A program made the position numbers and the translations under genes. Below are positions 21,040 to 33,500 of a stretch of DNA of 64,000 nucleotides, piece by piece. Source of the stretch: Amphiscolops sp. MND2022 (taxonomy: Eukaryota); assembly GCA_964187785.1 (NCBI GenBank), contig OZ076411.1:9982001-10046000 (forward strand). Direction: 5' to 3'. How positions within the stretch are numbered: the stretch's first letter is position 1; each line of letters begins with the position of its first letter. Under the pieces are notes generated by a model. That model ran no database searches, was not told the DNA's origin, and worked only from the letters and a program-made list of their open reading frames with translations.

Positions 21040-22620
21040 GCACACCCAAATTTCATTAAAAGGGTTTGCACGGCTGATCTTTAGCAAACAATGAACATGA
21101 ATTGTTTGAATTCGCTGCAACATTTTCCTTTATTGAATATTAAATGTTTTTTAAATAACGAATAATAGTATGACTGAATACTGATTACAAAATTTGCGCG
21201 GAACTTGAATTCATGACTTTTTTGTATCGGTCCTTTTTGAACCTTTGAAACTTGTAAACGTATTGTCCATGGAAAATTAAGCAAGTTTTTGTCGCAAAGG
21301 TATATTCTCTTTGAGACACAATTATGTTTTAGAGCAATGAGATTCCATTAAATGTTTTATTGAACTTCCCACTTCTGTTATCCAGACTTTTATTCGCACT
21401 TCTGTTTACCATTTTCTCAATATTTTGTCTCAATAAGTATAGTGTCCTCGATTACGATAAAAATGAAATTAGTTTCACTAAACATAAAAACAAAATTGTT
21501 TACGAGAAAGTTTTAGTGTTCAAAAGCATTCACAATTCAAAAGTTTCACTTGAACAAGTATGGAAATTGCATATGAAATTTCGTGAGTTCAATTATTTAA
21601 CCAAGTATTCGATTTTATTTTTATGTTATATGAAACTAATTTCATTTTCATGTTAAATGGGACTAATTTCGTTTTCATATTATTTGCTTTTATGTTATTT
21701 GGTACGTAATCGATAAAAACAGCGGAAAATTAAGGTGGCTCTTCAATTCATGTGATTTAGTTTGCATGGTGTTGTTAATGCACACTAAAAATAGATCAAC
21801 TATCTTCAATTTTTCCATTTTAAGCTACAGTGTCAGATATAGATTCGAAATTTGGAAACACACGTCAACTTCAATTATGCCTAAAATCATCTTAGTAAGA
21901 TGAATTATATGGATTGGCTGTGCTGTAAATATAAATCTGTAGCTATCTTTGGTTTTTACATTGGTGAGTGATTTCTCAAGCGGATAAATTATTGATATCC
22001 GGAAAATAAATATTTATATTTAGAAAACAAAATCACTTATTGCAGACAAACGTTGGAACACTTTAGATGACATTAGATAGTGATGATTTTTACTAAATGC
22101 TTTCGAGCAATTTCATTTTTTTTCGCTCCATGAAATCACAAATGATTGGAGAAGTATTGTGAAATCAAATCACTGAAAATCAAATCGGAAACGTTTTTAA
22201 AAATTTGCAAATGGGCCGATCTTTCGGTACCGTATAGCCTCGTAAAAACAGTGTGAACGAGCGTCATATGTGCATTTTAGATTCGCTCGAAGGAGAAATG
22301 ATTCTAAGCAAATGGAACAAAAAAACTGGACATTTCGGTGTAATGTTGGCGAAAAAAAAACAGTCGTTGCAGTGGTTGCGTCTGTTTTTTTTTCTTCCAA
22401 AAAACAGCTTTGGTTCGAAACTTTGGCGCAGCTATTTCAAGATACTGAAACTTCAGGATTTGAACTTTGCGCCCATGCAATCATTACCCGACAAAGCAAT
22501 GGGTTCATTGAGTGAACGCGTGACATCTTTCTATAAATCTGTCAGTTCGAGGTGTCTTGAAAAAAAATCACAACTATAGTCTGCTGTTTTGTATAAAATG
22601 GACTGAGAGATAAATGATTT

Positions 22621-23220
22621 TCAAAAAGTTTTTTTCAGGAAAAAATTAGGAGAAAACCTGTAAGGACTAACATCCGAATGTACTCTCAGGTCACAAGCGG
22701 ACCTTGAGTCCTTCTTTGTCAATCTTGTATTTGTGCTCTCCCATGCGCTTCTGACTCCATCCTCATTTAAGGACATACCCGGCTCAACACCATGTTGACC
22801 CAAAGGCAAATTTTCTACCATATTCTGTATTTCCGGAATAATTCTCTCACTTATAGCAGAACTAATGGCCCTTGTAATCTGTGTTTGCATTAAGTCCATC
22901 ATGGTCTCCATCTCGCGCGACATTCTAGCGTTTATTTCCCCAGATAGTGTATTGATAGACTCTATCAGTCTGCTTTCCCTAACTGGTTCATTTCTACTAT
23001 CGATGTCTCTAATCTCATTTTCTTGCGATGAATTTTCTCTGTTCGGAAAAGACCTATAGTCACGTCGTCCGTCTGGGACATTTATGAGAGCGTCCAAATC
23101 TCTTTCTATGGAATTTGAATTTCCATCACCTAACATTACGTCCATATTGCCGTAATCGGACAACATATCTAATTCCCTCGACTTTCTGGCCTTAGCCTTT
23201 TGTCTTCTTGTGGAAGGCAT
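22621..23220 (-). other. Gag N-terminal ORF duplicated in the 3' LTR, reading out into flanking DNA (199 aa)
   Basis: The first 187 codons are identical to gag 35754-37457. The final residues come from the host flank. Confidence 0.85.
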
Positions 23221-24380
23221 AAAATATTTCTACAGGAGGAAATATTTGAATTGTTCCTGTAATCGGGTAGAAAGAAAGCTTTACAAGGCAACTTGTATAA
23301 ATGCAAAGTTTGTGATTCAACTGTATCAAGTTTAGCAAAATTGTCCCTTGCGAAAGTTCGACCTGGGTATATATACCTAAGTGGGCATGATTCGCAATTT
23401 CATGGAGGTCATGTTACTAAAAATAACTTACAAGTTATAAATAGAACACGTCACTGCTAAAAATAGAATCATTGCGTCACTACGGACAGGTAGGGGCGGG
23501 TAGATCAAAGTGCCTTAGTAGGCCGAGTGACGCATGGAGTATAGCACTTACATGTAACGTAATATACATAAACACTTTTACATGTGAGAAGCATTCATGT
23601 AAGACACATATGGCGGGTAGCTGTAAGGGACTTATAGTTCCTTTCAAACATCGTAAAACAACATCACCTTTGGACAGGTACATGAAGGCCCGGTACGGCC
23701 AATGGCCGTCTGGATTTTCTAATTAAGTCTCATCAACATATAGGAAAGCAACACTGCATGTTAACACTACATGTGTTTGGTCATTACATGGGATGGGTTG
23801 TTCACGTCCTTCAATTGCTAATTGACTAAGACGTTAATTTCATGTGATAAGTAATACAGCACTTGAATACTCGTCGTGTCGACCGGCCGAGTTGGGCCTT
23901 CTTTATTGTACAGCACCAAGACAATTAGTACAAAAGATAGGGACGGCTATGTTGCATAGCCGCTTTCGTCCTATTTGCCATTGTTGAATACTATTCAACC
24001 ACAACATCAAAGCATAATTAGGCCGGCGAAGTCAGTTGGCCGTATTGGTCCATTCTAAATAGCTATTAGCACAGTTACATAATAAGTAAAGGAATGGTCG
24101 TTATAAACTGCGCTGTGATTGGCCAATTAGCCGTTGACGGCCTAGCTAGCCATACTGGACAGGCAAACATTTGAACACGTTTCCTCTTTGCCTGTCAGTA
24201 TAACTTGCTGTCAAATGTATTTTACATGAAGAATATTAATACAATACATCAATCAACATATTCAAAATAATACTAAATGTTTGAAAGTCTTATTTTATAA
24301 TGGGAGTGTCCCAGGCAGAGCAATTGGCCTTGTGTGGTCGATTGTATAGACGTTCCCATCGCAGGCGGCAGCCTGCGACA
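22659..24380 (-). repeat. 3' LTR of element 2
   Basis: Near-identical to 36896-38617. One substitution spotted by eye (T23711 vs C37948). Confidence 0.95.
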
Positions 24381-25131
24381 CTCCCCCTGGTATTAATAGG
24401 AACGTGCCCACCTGCATTCCCTCGATAAAAGCTCTTTTGCGCGCTTCTAGTTGATTAGCTGATTCTCCCAATGTGGCCGTCTTACGCAAATAATCCGTAA
24501 CTGCTTCGTTCTGAATTTGCACGGTAGATTTCCCGCATATCACGCAGTCCGAGTAATTCGCCATTGGATTGTGTGTTTCAATTCCCATTCCTTGAAAATG
24601 GTTTGTAACTGTGTCCAAGGATTGCTGGGTGATATCGCCTTGACGGTCCGCTGAAATGGAGTCGTAAATTGGCCCTTTCTCTTCGGGTGGGGGCGACATG
24701 GGAGTATCTGCTATTGGAATAATTTCTCTACACAGTTTGATTGGATGATTATTGCGCACTCGGTCGTCTCGCCGTATTGGGCCGTTTCCTCTTCCCAGTG
24801 AGAAGAAAGATTGGTCAAGTGTAGGTCTTATTGCGCTGCTCGTCCCAAAGGTCCCGTATCTTGGCAAGTTATACTGGGGAGCTTCATTTCTAGTTTTCAG
24901 TGTAGAGGATGGACCAGGTACTAGGATGGGTGATGACAATTCCATCTCGACGCACTGGGCCATCATCATGATCTCGTCGTCTATTTCTTCGTCTTCCGAT
25001 GACAGTTGAAGATCTAGTACTGAAGTCATACTCAGATCACATATTTCCTCCTCCTCGTCGCTGGACAGGCAAATTATATCTATGCCTTCGGGCGCCGCGC
25101 CTTGGAAGTCGTTAGGAAATCGCTGGGCCAT
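24295..25131 (-). CDS. ORF3 of element 2: 278-aa acidic sense-strand accessory protein with tandem SIM-like motifs, crossing the PPT into U3
   Basis: Open ATG-to-TAA frame. Its C-terminal peptide SQAAACDG..Y....P..PG.LP is also encoded at the LTR start of element 1 (13256-13345) and of the solo LTR near 63350-63435. Confidence 0.75.
   Translation of the reverse strand: MAQRFPNDFQGAAPEGIDIICLSSDEEEEICDLSMTSVLDLQLSSEDEEIDDEIMMMAQCVEMELSSPILVPGPSSTLKTRNEAPQYNLPRYGTFGTSSAIRPTLDQSFFSLGRGNGPIRRDDRVRNNHPIKLCREIIPIADTPMSPPPEEKGPIYDSISADRQGDITQQSLDTVTNHFQGMGIETHNPMANYSDCVICGKSTVQIQNEAVTDYLRKTATLGESANQLEARKRAFIEGMQVGTFLLIPGGVSQAAACDGNVYTIDHTRPIALPGTLPL
24381..24388 (-). promoter_or_regulatory. Polypurine tract AGGGGGAG abutting the 3' LTR
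   Basis: Purine run directly 5' of the TG of the 3' LTR on the minus strand. Confidence 0.75.
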
Positions 25132-26244
25132 GAATCTATCTTTTATTATCTTTTTTGCAATTTTGAATGCGGCAGAATGAATTTGATTTAATCAGAGTAG
25201 GGTAACTGTTCCGTTTGAAAGCTAAGAGACAAATGGCGATTTTCATATCCCAATTTCTCGATAGTTCCTGCCTCACAATTTCCCGGTCTTTCATTTCCCG
25301 CGCCATGTTTCATTGGCGAAACTTTCCAAGATGTTCTTTGATATAAACCGCCTTCCGCTTTGTTGACTGACTATCAACTTCAGCTTGCCTAAGTCGGCAA
25401 AGGACCTTCAAGGACTTCGTCTAGTGTTTATCTCCACTTGATATCCACTTGAGAATTTCAAGAGAGGTTGATGAAGTTTTAAGGCCACGCGCGGCGCATC
25501 GCCGCGACAGCCAATGGGAATTGCCCACCCAGTCCGCTTTTCAATATGGCGGAATTAGAATAATAATCCAAATAAGGAAATAATAAAATAACTAAAAATA
25601 ATGCAATAACTAAGATAATAAAATAATGAAAATGCATGTTTCGAAATATAACTAATGTGGATTTCTCTGGCAGGTTCCATCCACGAAATAATCTTCATAA
25701 TTGTGAAAACATTTGACATCAAATCCAGTTTGCCACGAACTCCAAATTCTTCACTACAATCAGTTTGTTTTCTTCTGAATTATTTATTGTTACATTTCAT
25801 ATTCGTATTTATCCTTCATCTATTTAGTATAGTTGTTAGTATTTTGTGTTTTATCCTTCCTCCATTACCCTCAGAATTTCTGTGATTCGTCGTCTTGTCT
25901 CCCCATCTTGGATTGCTGTTGCTGTCCAATCGCCGCACACGTCCAAATCTTCCTCTTTGCTATCCGGATTCACCTATTTTGGATAGTTGGATCATCAGGT
26001 TTTCTACCCTTGGTTACCACACAATTTCAACTTAACTGGAACCAACACAGCGTTCTCACCTAGTTTCCAATCAGCCAACAACTACAGGTAAGCTATCTGG
26101 TCTTTTATTTTTCTTTTTGAACGGAAATAAGCTTGATCAGGGCTTTTCCTCTCGTTCATGTACTTCCTGTCCCCTTTTCGTCAAGACGATTTTGACGTTT
26201 CATTTTATTTCTTTTCACTTCCGGAAGGTTTTACTGCGGCTCAC

Positions 26245-29200
26245 ATGGACTCATATTCAGGAAGTTGTCCGCAACAATTCATCCCTTTTCGTTTAGGTAT
26301 GACTTCAGAGAAGAGTTTGCCAGAATCCACTACCGTCCCAGTTGTTGGAAATGAAGAAACTGTTACTCCTGAGATCGCTGAGTCGCTAGTCCCAAGCAGG
26401 CCTTCTCCCCAGGTATCCGAAGAGAGTAGAACCACTGAGGAAAGCGTAACTGCGTTTATTGAAAGAACTGTTGACACTCTGTCTCAGTCTGAGTCGGACA
26501 TCATTAGCCCTTTACCGAGTCAGCAGGGCGTTACTGCCCGGATAGTTACTATCATTCCTGCCTTTTTGAAGGCTTCAGTATCTGATCCCATTGCTGTGAG
26601 AGTTGATTTGCCGAACATCGAAGCTGAGGACAGCAGTATCAAGGAGGCCGAATCCTCGGTAGAGGCGCAAGGCCTATTTGGTGACACTACGGACGCAGAA
26701 GATCTGATGGACAGCTCTGGCGTTGCTGTATACCCACCCGTGGTCCCGAGTGTCACTTTAGACCCAACTTCCTTCCCTGAACTAGAAGGAGAGTTTCACG
26801 AAGACCCAGGACATAGCGATTCTGAGCAAGAACAGTATCGCAGCAAGTTGGAAGGAACTGACAGACAGCTTTCGGCCAAGGGCAAATTGATTATAAAAAA
26901 GTACTTCAGGGAAACTCGTCCCATTGAGCTACCTAGAGACCATCCTGTTATTGCCCTCACTGCAGATGAAATGCATGCTGTTCTAAGGACTGTCTCTGAT
27001 GAATCCGTGCTTTCATCTTATCATATGATGAAGTCCTTGTTGCTCCACGCCACACGGGGCGCTCCCCAAGACAGGAAAAGGCCTATGCCCAAGCGATGTG
27101 CCACCCCTGCTCGTCCATTCACCGACAGTTCAGGGGATGAGAGTAGCTACGAGGGACATACGTCCGACGGGGACACCAGTGGAGCCTTCAATACAGACGA
27201 AGATCCATACCAGTTGGGGTCCATCTCCGGCACTGATTACTTGAGTGAGACTGATCCTTTGGCGCTCACTCCAATTGCGCGAACAACCAACGTACGGGGC
27301 GCAACCCGAGCAGAGACTGCAACTCCAACATCCGGGAGTGGGTACAGTAGTACCGATTATCAACCTCTTTCTACAATTGGCCGACTGCCTGAACAGGAGA
27401 CCCAGACCAGGAGCCCCCCCAGGAAGAGACGCAGGTTGCTTAGTAAGCCAGGAAAAGTAATGAAAGACGCCTATTTTAAAGGCATCCAGTGGACCCGTAC
27501 TTTCGTGTCTGGACCCGTCGACCCTGTCCACAACAAGTTCAAGTTTTATTGCATGTTATGCAAAACCAATGTCTCCATCTTCTCGAAAGGTGCCCGAGGG
27601 ATCCTGAGGCACCACAAGACCGAGGGACATCTCCGAAAGGACCAGAAGTGGAGATACACCCATCTCCGAGAAACCAATGAAGTCACTGGAGTCACAACAT
27701 ATCAAGTCAGAGGGAAGGACGGTTATGTCCTTACCCCGATCGAGTTGGAACGAGAGAAGCCCAAATTCATAGATGTACCTTTAGTTGAGACAGGCGATCG
27801 CTTCCCATTTTATGACGATTATATGGCTAGTATTGGGGGAATTACCAACCCTGACGATCTGCGGACCAGTACCCTCATCTCATTGATTGGGACTTTTGTA
27901 CCGAAGGATGGCAACATCTCCTTGCTACAAAGCTTGTGGACCCGAGTGGGAGTATTCACCAACCACCAGGCTTTGTTTTCTTCCTTCGATTGGGGCTCTG
28001 TTACCCTTACAGTAAGTAGGTTTTCACTCGTGGCCTTACCAGTAAGGCCTAGCAAGTTCCCTGCCCAAGGCACCCTTCGCATATTCGTATTTTGTTTTAG
28101 AATATTTTCCATCACGTTTTCATGAGAGGACTGGCTGACATCTCTACCCACATCATGGCAGCTGAGATGTACTCTATCGAGTTCACGACGGAGGGTGTTC
28201 ACCGCTACATGTCCGTCCGTTTCTGGAGGGACGACTCACTCGTCCGAATTTCACTACATCGGCACAATCAGACTGACCCTTACCCGGATTGTTATTTAGC
28301 GGCTATTTCGTCCCTGCTGTCATTTGTGTCCACAAAGCCAGATCTCGTTAGCATTTCTTGGTGTTCTTCCATGATCTTCAAAACCTTGGAAACATGCGGC
28401 CTGTTCAATCATGGGATCCAGTACCCATTCCGTTTCGAGATTTTTTCTCTTCCTGAGTTGATGCATCCCGACGCATTACAGACTAGCTACATCTTTGGCC
28501 GGATCGATATCTTCTCTCAACTGAAGTTCCTGGTTGTGTTTCTCCGAGGCGGACTCAGTCAAACCTGGGCCTTAAAGAGCCCTGAACTTTGTAAGGTAAT
28601 CTATTTCTTGAGCATACTTCTTTTCCCTGCGCATAGTTACTTTGACTTGTTGTTGACAAACCCTTCGAGCTATTTTCATAATGATGCGGAAGCCCCTTTT
28701 TATCTGATTGTTTTCATAGGCCATAGCAGCGTGTGATGTGGAGCTGAAGAAGATCCCCGCCATCTGTACTGAACTAGTCAAAAACTGGACGGCCATCAAG
28801 GACTATCTTACCAGTATAGCCCCAACCCAGAAAATGCAAGGAGTCAAGAATAAGGTATTTATTTGGCATTTTCCATAACTTGGTGTCACTTGTCCCGTCT
28901 CATTGTGTATTTGGGTGTTGTTTTCTTATGCGTAAGGTTTTCTTTTCAGCCGCAAAGTCTGGAATGGCAGATTATCTTAGACGACTTTTTCACCATCAAA
29001 CTTGAGCTTCTATCCTTGCTAGTCCGCGATTGTTAGTTGTTTTCTTTGCATCTACCTGGAGTAATAGTATAATTGACTTGTTGGCTCATATGCCGATCGC
29101 GGTCATAACCATGAGTACTTTTGTAGCAACTTGGGGTGGTTGGTAGCTCCTGGTAATTTGTGGTTGAGTCTGGGTTTGTTTAGATACCAAGAGTTTCGAG

Positions 29201-30339
29201 CGCAGTCTTTCTGGACGACGAGATGCGACCCTCTTCATCTATGGCCAGTACTGCAGGTTCATCCGCCGGTTGTGTCACCGCGCCATTCTGCCTAAATGCA
29301 TCCCAAACGATGTTGACTGGACTGGTCTACTGCAATTGTGTCCCGACGATCTGAGACAATTGTCAATTCGAGATTTCCTGAATCGCCTCAAATTAACGTG
29401 CGACCTCGATCTGGCTTGTCAGGCAAAGTTGAAGAGATCCCGGGGGAAAACCCCGTGCCTGCCAACCAAGATGAGCTGGTCACCAAAGAAAGAGAAACCT
29501 TTGGGGCGGAGGCCCGAGCCTATATAGTCACTCTGCTAGGATCCTTGCTTCAGGACATCCACTTCACTGCGAACATTGTCCACGGCATGGGTAGTTTCGA
29601 TCCTCATGTGTTGCTGACATTGCCCCTTGAGCAGGTGACATTCTGTTTCAACGCCTTGTATGACAGCTTTCGGCTTCGCGGCTGGGTGGACGAATCTTCC
29701 CGAGGTGACTGCCGGGATGAATACCTTGAGTTCGTGGATTATTTCCGCAAGGCTTATCCCTCCATTAAGTCTTCCCCCGGAACCATTGCCGACATGTTAG
29801 ATTTCCTTGTTCCGATCCCTGCATTTCGAAATCGAGCTCGGCTGTTCCATTTATTCCGTCTGTGTTGCCTTTGCATGACCGAGGAACATCAGAATCTTCC
29901 TGCTATTAAGTTCCAGGACGTCGACACTTCCAGTCCTCGTTGTCGCCTTTCTGCTGTGATATTGCCTGCTCAGTCCTATTTGGCAAATTGCCCTAGTGCT
30001 GTTTCTGTTTGCACTACTGAGTCCGCTCTAGTCCAGTACAAAGAATTGGAGGGGCAGTTTAGTTCTGGACAGCTAGCGGGAGATCCTTGGGCTCATGTTG
30101 ACGTCTTTGGGCGGACGAATTTCCAGAAGACTCTCACCACCGCCTTCAATAATTTAAAGGTGGCTCCTGTGGTTGGCGTTAGCACAGTGTCGCAGTCGTC
30201 CTCCGTCTCCACTTCTGCCGGGCGCAAGATAAATTGGGCTGCTGGGCAAGCTCACAAATTGGCTTATTTTGGAGATCTTCCGGCTAGTGAGGTTTCAAAG
30301 ACTATTCAGGAGTTACGGGAAGGAAGTTCTAAAGACTAA
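26245..30339 (+). CDS. Antisense 5-exon accessory gene of element 2: join(26245..28011,28101..28595,28720..28854,28950..29031,29184..30339), with an apparent 1-nt frameshift near 29425
   Basis: Starts MDSYSGS like the element 1 copy. GT-AG introns at homologous codons and phases (0,0,0,1). CMLC...HHKTEGH finger. Exon 5 homology switches frame at ACQAK/VEEIPG. Confidence 0.75.
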
Positions 30340-30525
30340 ATGTACATAATGTACATTTGCCATTCTTGACTTTCGTTTGTAAATTTGTTTTCTTTATTTT
30401 ACATGTCTTCTGTTTGTATAGTTATATAGTTAGTCTTGCCAGTAAAATGAAGTCAGAGTGGTCCCAGTAAAACACATGCCTTCTTGGGCAATAAAATAAG
30501 TAGGGACACAATTTAACATTTCTGA

Positions 30526-33500
30526 CTAGTATCTGTATTCATCAGTATAGTTGGGGGTGGGGTTGGGTCGAAGATTATATTTCCCTGCTCTAGGGCTAGA
30601 TACTTCATTTCCTTTTTCATTCGATATTCCGGGCACGGTAATATCATCCCCCTCGTTAGGAGAGTTTTTCTCGCCTTCTAATTCATTTGTGACGTCATTC
30701 ACGTTCTTTTCTGAACTAGGTGGTGTATTACCACCATTGTGGCTATTTCGGCTAGTGGCCGTTCTCGGCCTTTCTATTTCGCTGCTTTGTTCGTCTCGCG
30801 CAGCATTCTCGCTAACGTCATGTTCGTCATGCATTATAGGTGCGTCTCGGCTAGCAGCCGTACTCGGTCCCGCTTCGTTTTCATTCTTTTTGGTTCGTTC
30901 ATTCAGTTCGGTGACGTCATTTGCGTCTCGTGTGATTGTGCTGTCTCGGCTGGTGGCCGTCCCCGGCCTTACCGCGTTGTCATCAGCGTTGTCATAAATG
31001 ACGTAATCACTCGTCGTGACATCAGCATCGCTGTCTGGTGTTCGTAATTCTTCGTTCGTTTTGTCGTCTCGTCTCCGCTCGAAGACGTTGTAATCAAAGT
31101 CTGCTTCCCATGAGATGGTGTATAAATCGTCTTGCGGTATGATTATTTCATCATCTGGTTGCAATTTCTCTTTGGCATATTTGTCCTCTAAGGGCGTGTT
31201 TGGAACAAATTTTTTCAGGCGAATTCGGTGTAATATCTGCGTTTTATTCGTATTTAACCGGCGGACAATGTAATTGTCGTTAGGCAATACCTTTTCAATT
31301 CGATAAGGACCGATCCAGCGATATTCCCTAAAAGGAATTTTCGATCCTTGATTATCTGCTTTGGGTTGCAGAATAAAGCAAAAATCTTGTTCACTAAGGG
31401 GAGCTGCCTTGGCCTTCCGGTCATAGTATTCCTTGTATTTCAAGTATGACTGCATGATATTTTGCTTCGTTTGGTCAATGAGAATTTGTGTTCTCTGTTG
31501 TAATTCTTCCGCAAATTCCGTAGTGGGCAAGAAATCTTTATTAGGATTATTTCCAAGTTTATGATCTAGGACGTTGTAGGGAATCCGTCCGTGGAAGACC
31601 TTACTTGGCTCACAACCAATACTGGAGTGGTAGGTGGTATTGTAATTGAGTACTGCCAGTGGTAGGTATTTATGCCATTGCCGGCGGTATTCCCCTGAGG
31701 CCATCTTCAAATTAGTCTTTAAAGATGCGTGTGTCCTCTCTAGTTTGCCGATTGTTTGCGGGTGTTTAGTCGTTGCACATCTTAGTGTAATTCCGAGAAT
31801 TTCAGTTATTTCAGCGATAATTTTTGACGTGAAGGCAGTTCCTTTGTCAGTGATAATTGTTGTCGGCAGATATGTATGTTTTGTCATGATGTCAATCAAA
31901 ACTTTTGCCGTGTTTGAGGCGGTAGCTTCTACTAACGGGTAAGCGAACAGGTATCTTGAGAATACATCTATCGCGGTCATCACGGTTTGGTAGCCTCCAC
32001 TTGTTGGTAAATTTGGTAATAAATCAATTTGCATTGCATCTTCTGGTCCAAGGTCCCATTCGGGCAAGTTAAGCAATTCAGGGGTGATCGTGTTATTTGG
32101 AACACGTTTGTCCCTTGCACAAGTTTCACATCCCTCTACCCATTTTTTAACATGTTTTGCTATTCCTGGGTAGTAATATTTCTGACGAATTTCCTGTAAC
32201 ATTTTCGATATACCGGGATGCTTGTGTGCTGTGCCGTGTAAGGCTTGTAACAATTCTGTCAAGAGGTGTTTTGGTAAGAGAACTTGGTGATACTTGACTT
32301 GTCCAGTTTCATCATAGTATTGTCGTGTGACTATTTCGTCTTTAAGTACTATTCGGTCCAAGTTATTAAGGTAGTGTTTGTATCGTATATCTTGTTGGAG
32401 TAGTTCTTCAGAATAGTCTTCGTTCTGAATTTTGGCTTTGAGTTGGCGCAGTATAGGATCTTTGGATTGTTCAAGTAAAATTTGGTTCGTTCTGCGCATT
32501 TTTTGGGTGAAATTTGTAATCTCATCTACTATGTTTTCAGATATTGCGTCAATTTGAATAACGCCTTCTCGGTCGATTGGGTTGGTTAGGCTTTGTTTTT
32601 TACGCTCCCAAATTTGAGCTTCTGTCTCATCATCTTGCTCCGTGAAGAAAACCTGTTCCTCTTCAGCAACGCCTGCCGATTGGACATTGACCTCGATGGG
32701 CTTAGTCTCTATGTCTTCGCGGATTTTAAGGACTAGTTTCTCTCTGGGGTCCATTTCCATGCGAGATAAGTAGTCGGCGGCTGTGTTGTTTTTCCCTGGT
32801 ATATGTGCTATGACAAAATTGAATTGTATTACATAGTCACATGCATTCCAGAGTGTTGGAGGGATTATCTTCGTCTGAAAGAATCTCGTGACCGATTTGT
32901 TGTCCGTTAGGATAGTGATCGGTTTAGAGGCTCCCCAGAAAATATGTCCAAATTCTTTAAATGCGTAGTAAATCGCTAAGAATTCCTTGGCATATATGGA
33001 CATTTTGAGTTGCGATGGCGTAAAAGTTTTTGAACCATATGCAATTGGAGCGTACGATTTTTTGACAGATGAATATTTCTGGTTTGGGTCGTCCTCGGTA
33101 AGTATGGCGTAGCCGGCCGCTGTGAAACTAGCGTCGGTCATCAGGACCAGTTGCTTGTTTGGCAAAGGCTGCTTCAGGGCCAATTGGCTACATTTGTCGA
33201 GGTCCCGATTGATTTCGTTGAACTGTTGTATTAGTTCTGTAGTCACCAGGACCTTTTCGTCCTTTTTGAGAAGTTGGAAAAACGGGGCTAATTTTTCAGA
33301 TAATCTTGGGATGTAGTTCCTGTAATAATTGAGGAAACCAAGGTATCTTTGCAGAGCTTTTTTAGATTTGGGGAATTTGGTTTTTTCGAGGAAGTTTGTT
33401 ATTCGCTCCTTTTGTGGTTTGACACCTTCCGGAGTGATTGTTCTTCCCAAGAAATTGATTTCCGTTGCCCCGAAGTGGCATTTGTGCATTGTCAGTTTAA

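Noticed and set aside
20261-21123. His/Pro-rich ORFs (75-93 aa)
   Set aside because: They are translations of the 16-bp tandem arrays.
24295-25131. ORF3 as an env gene
   Set aside because: No signal peptide, furin site or transmembrane helix. The protein is acidic and looks disordered.
26158-26244. ORF-track start at 26158 for the antisense gene
   Set aside because: Homology and nucleotide context with element 1 begin at MDSYSGS (26245). The upstream 29 codons are pyrimidine-rich and unconserved.
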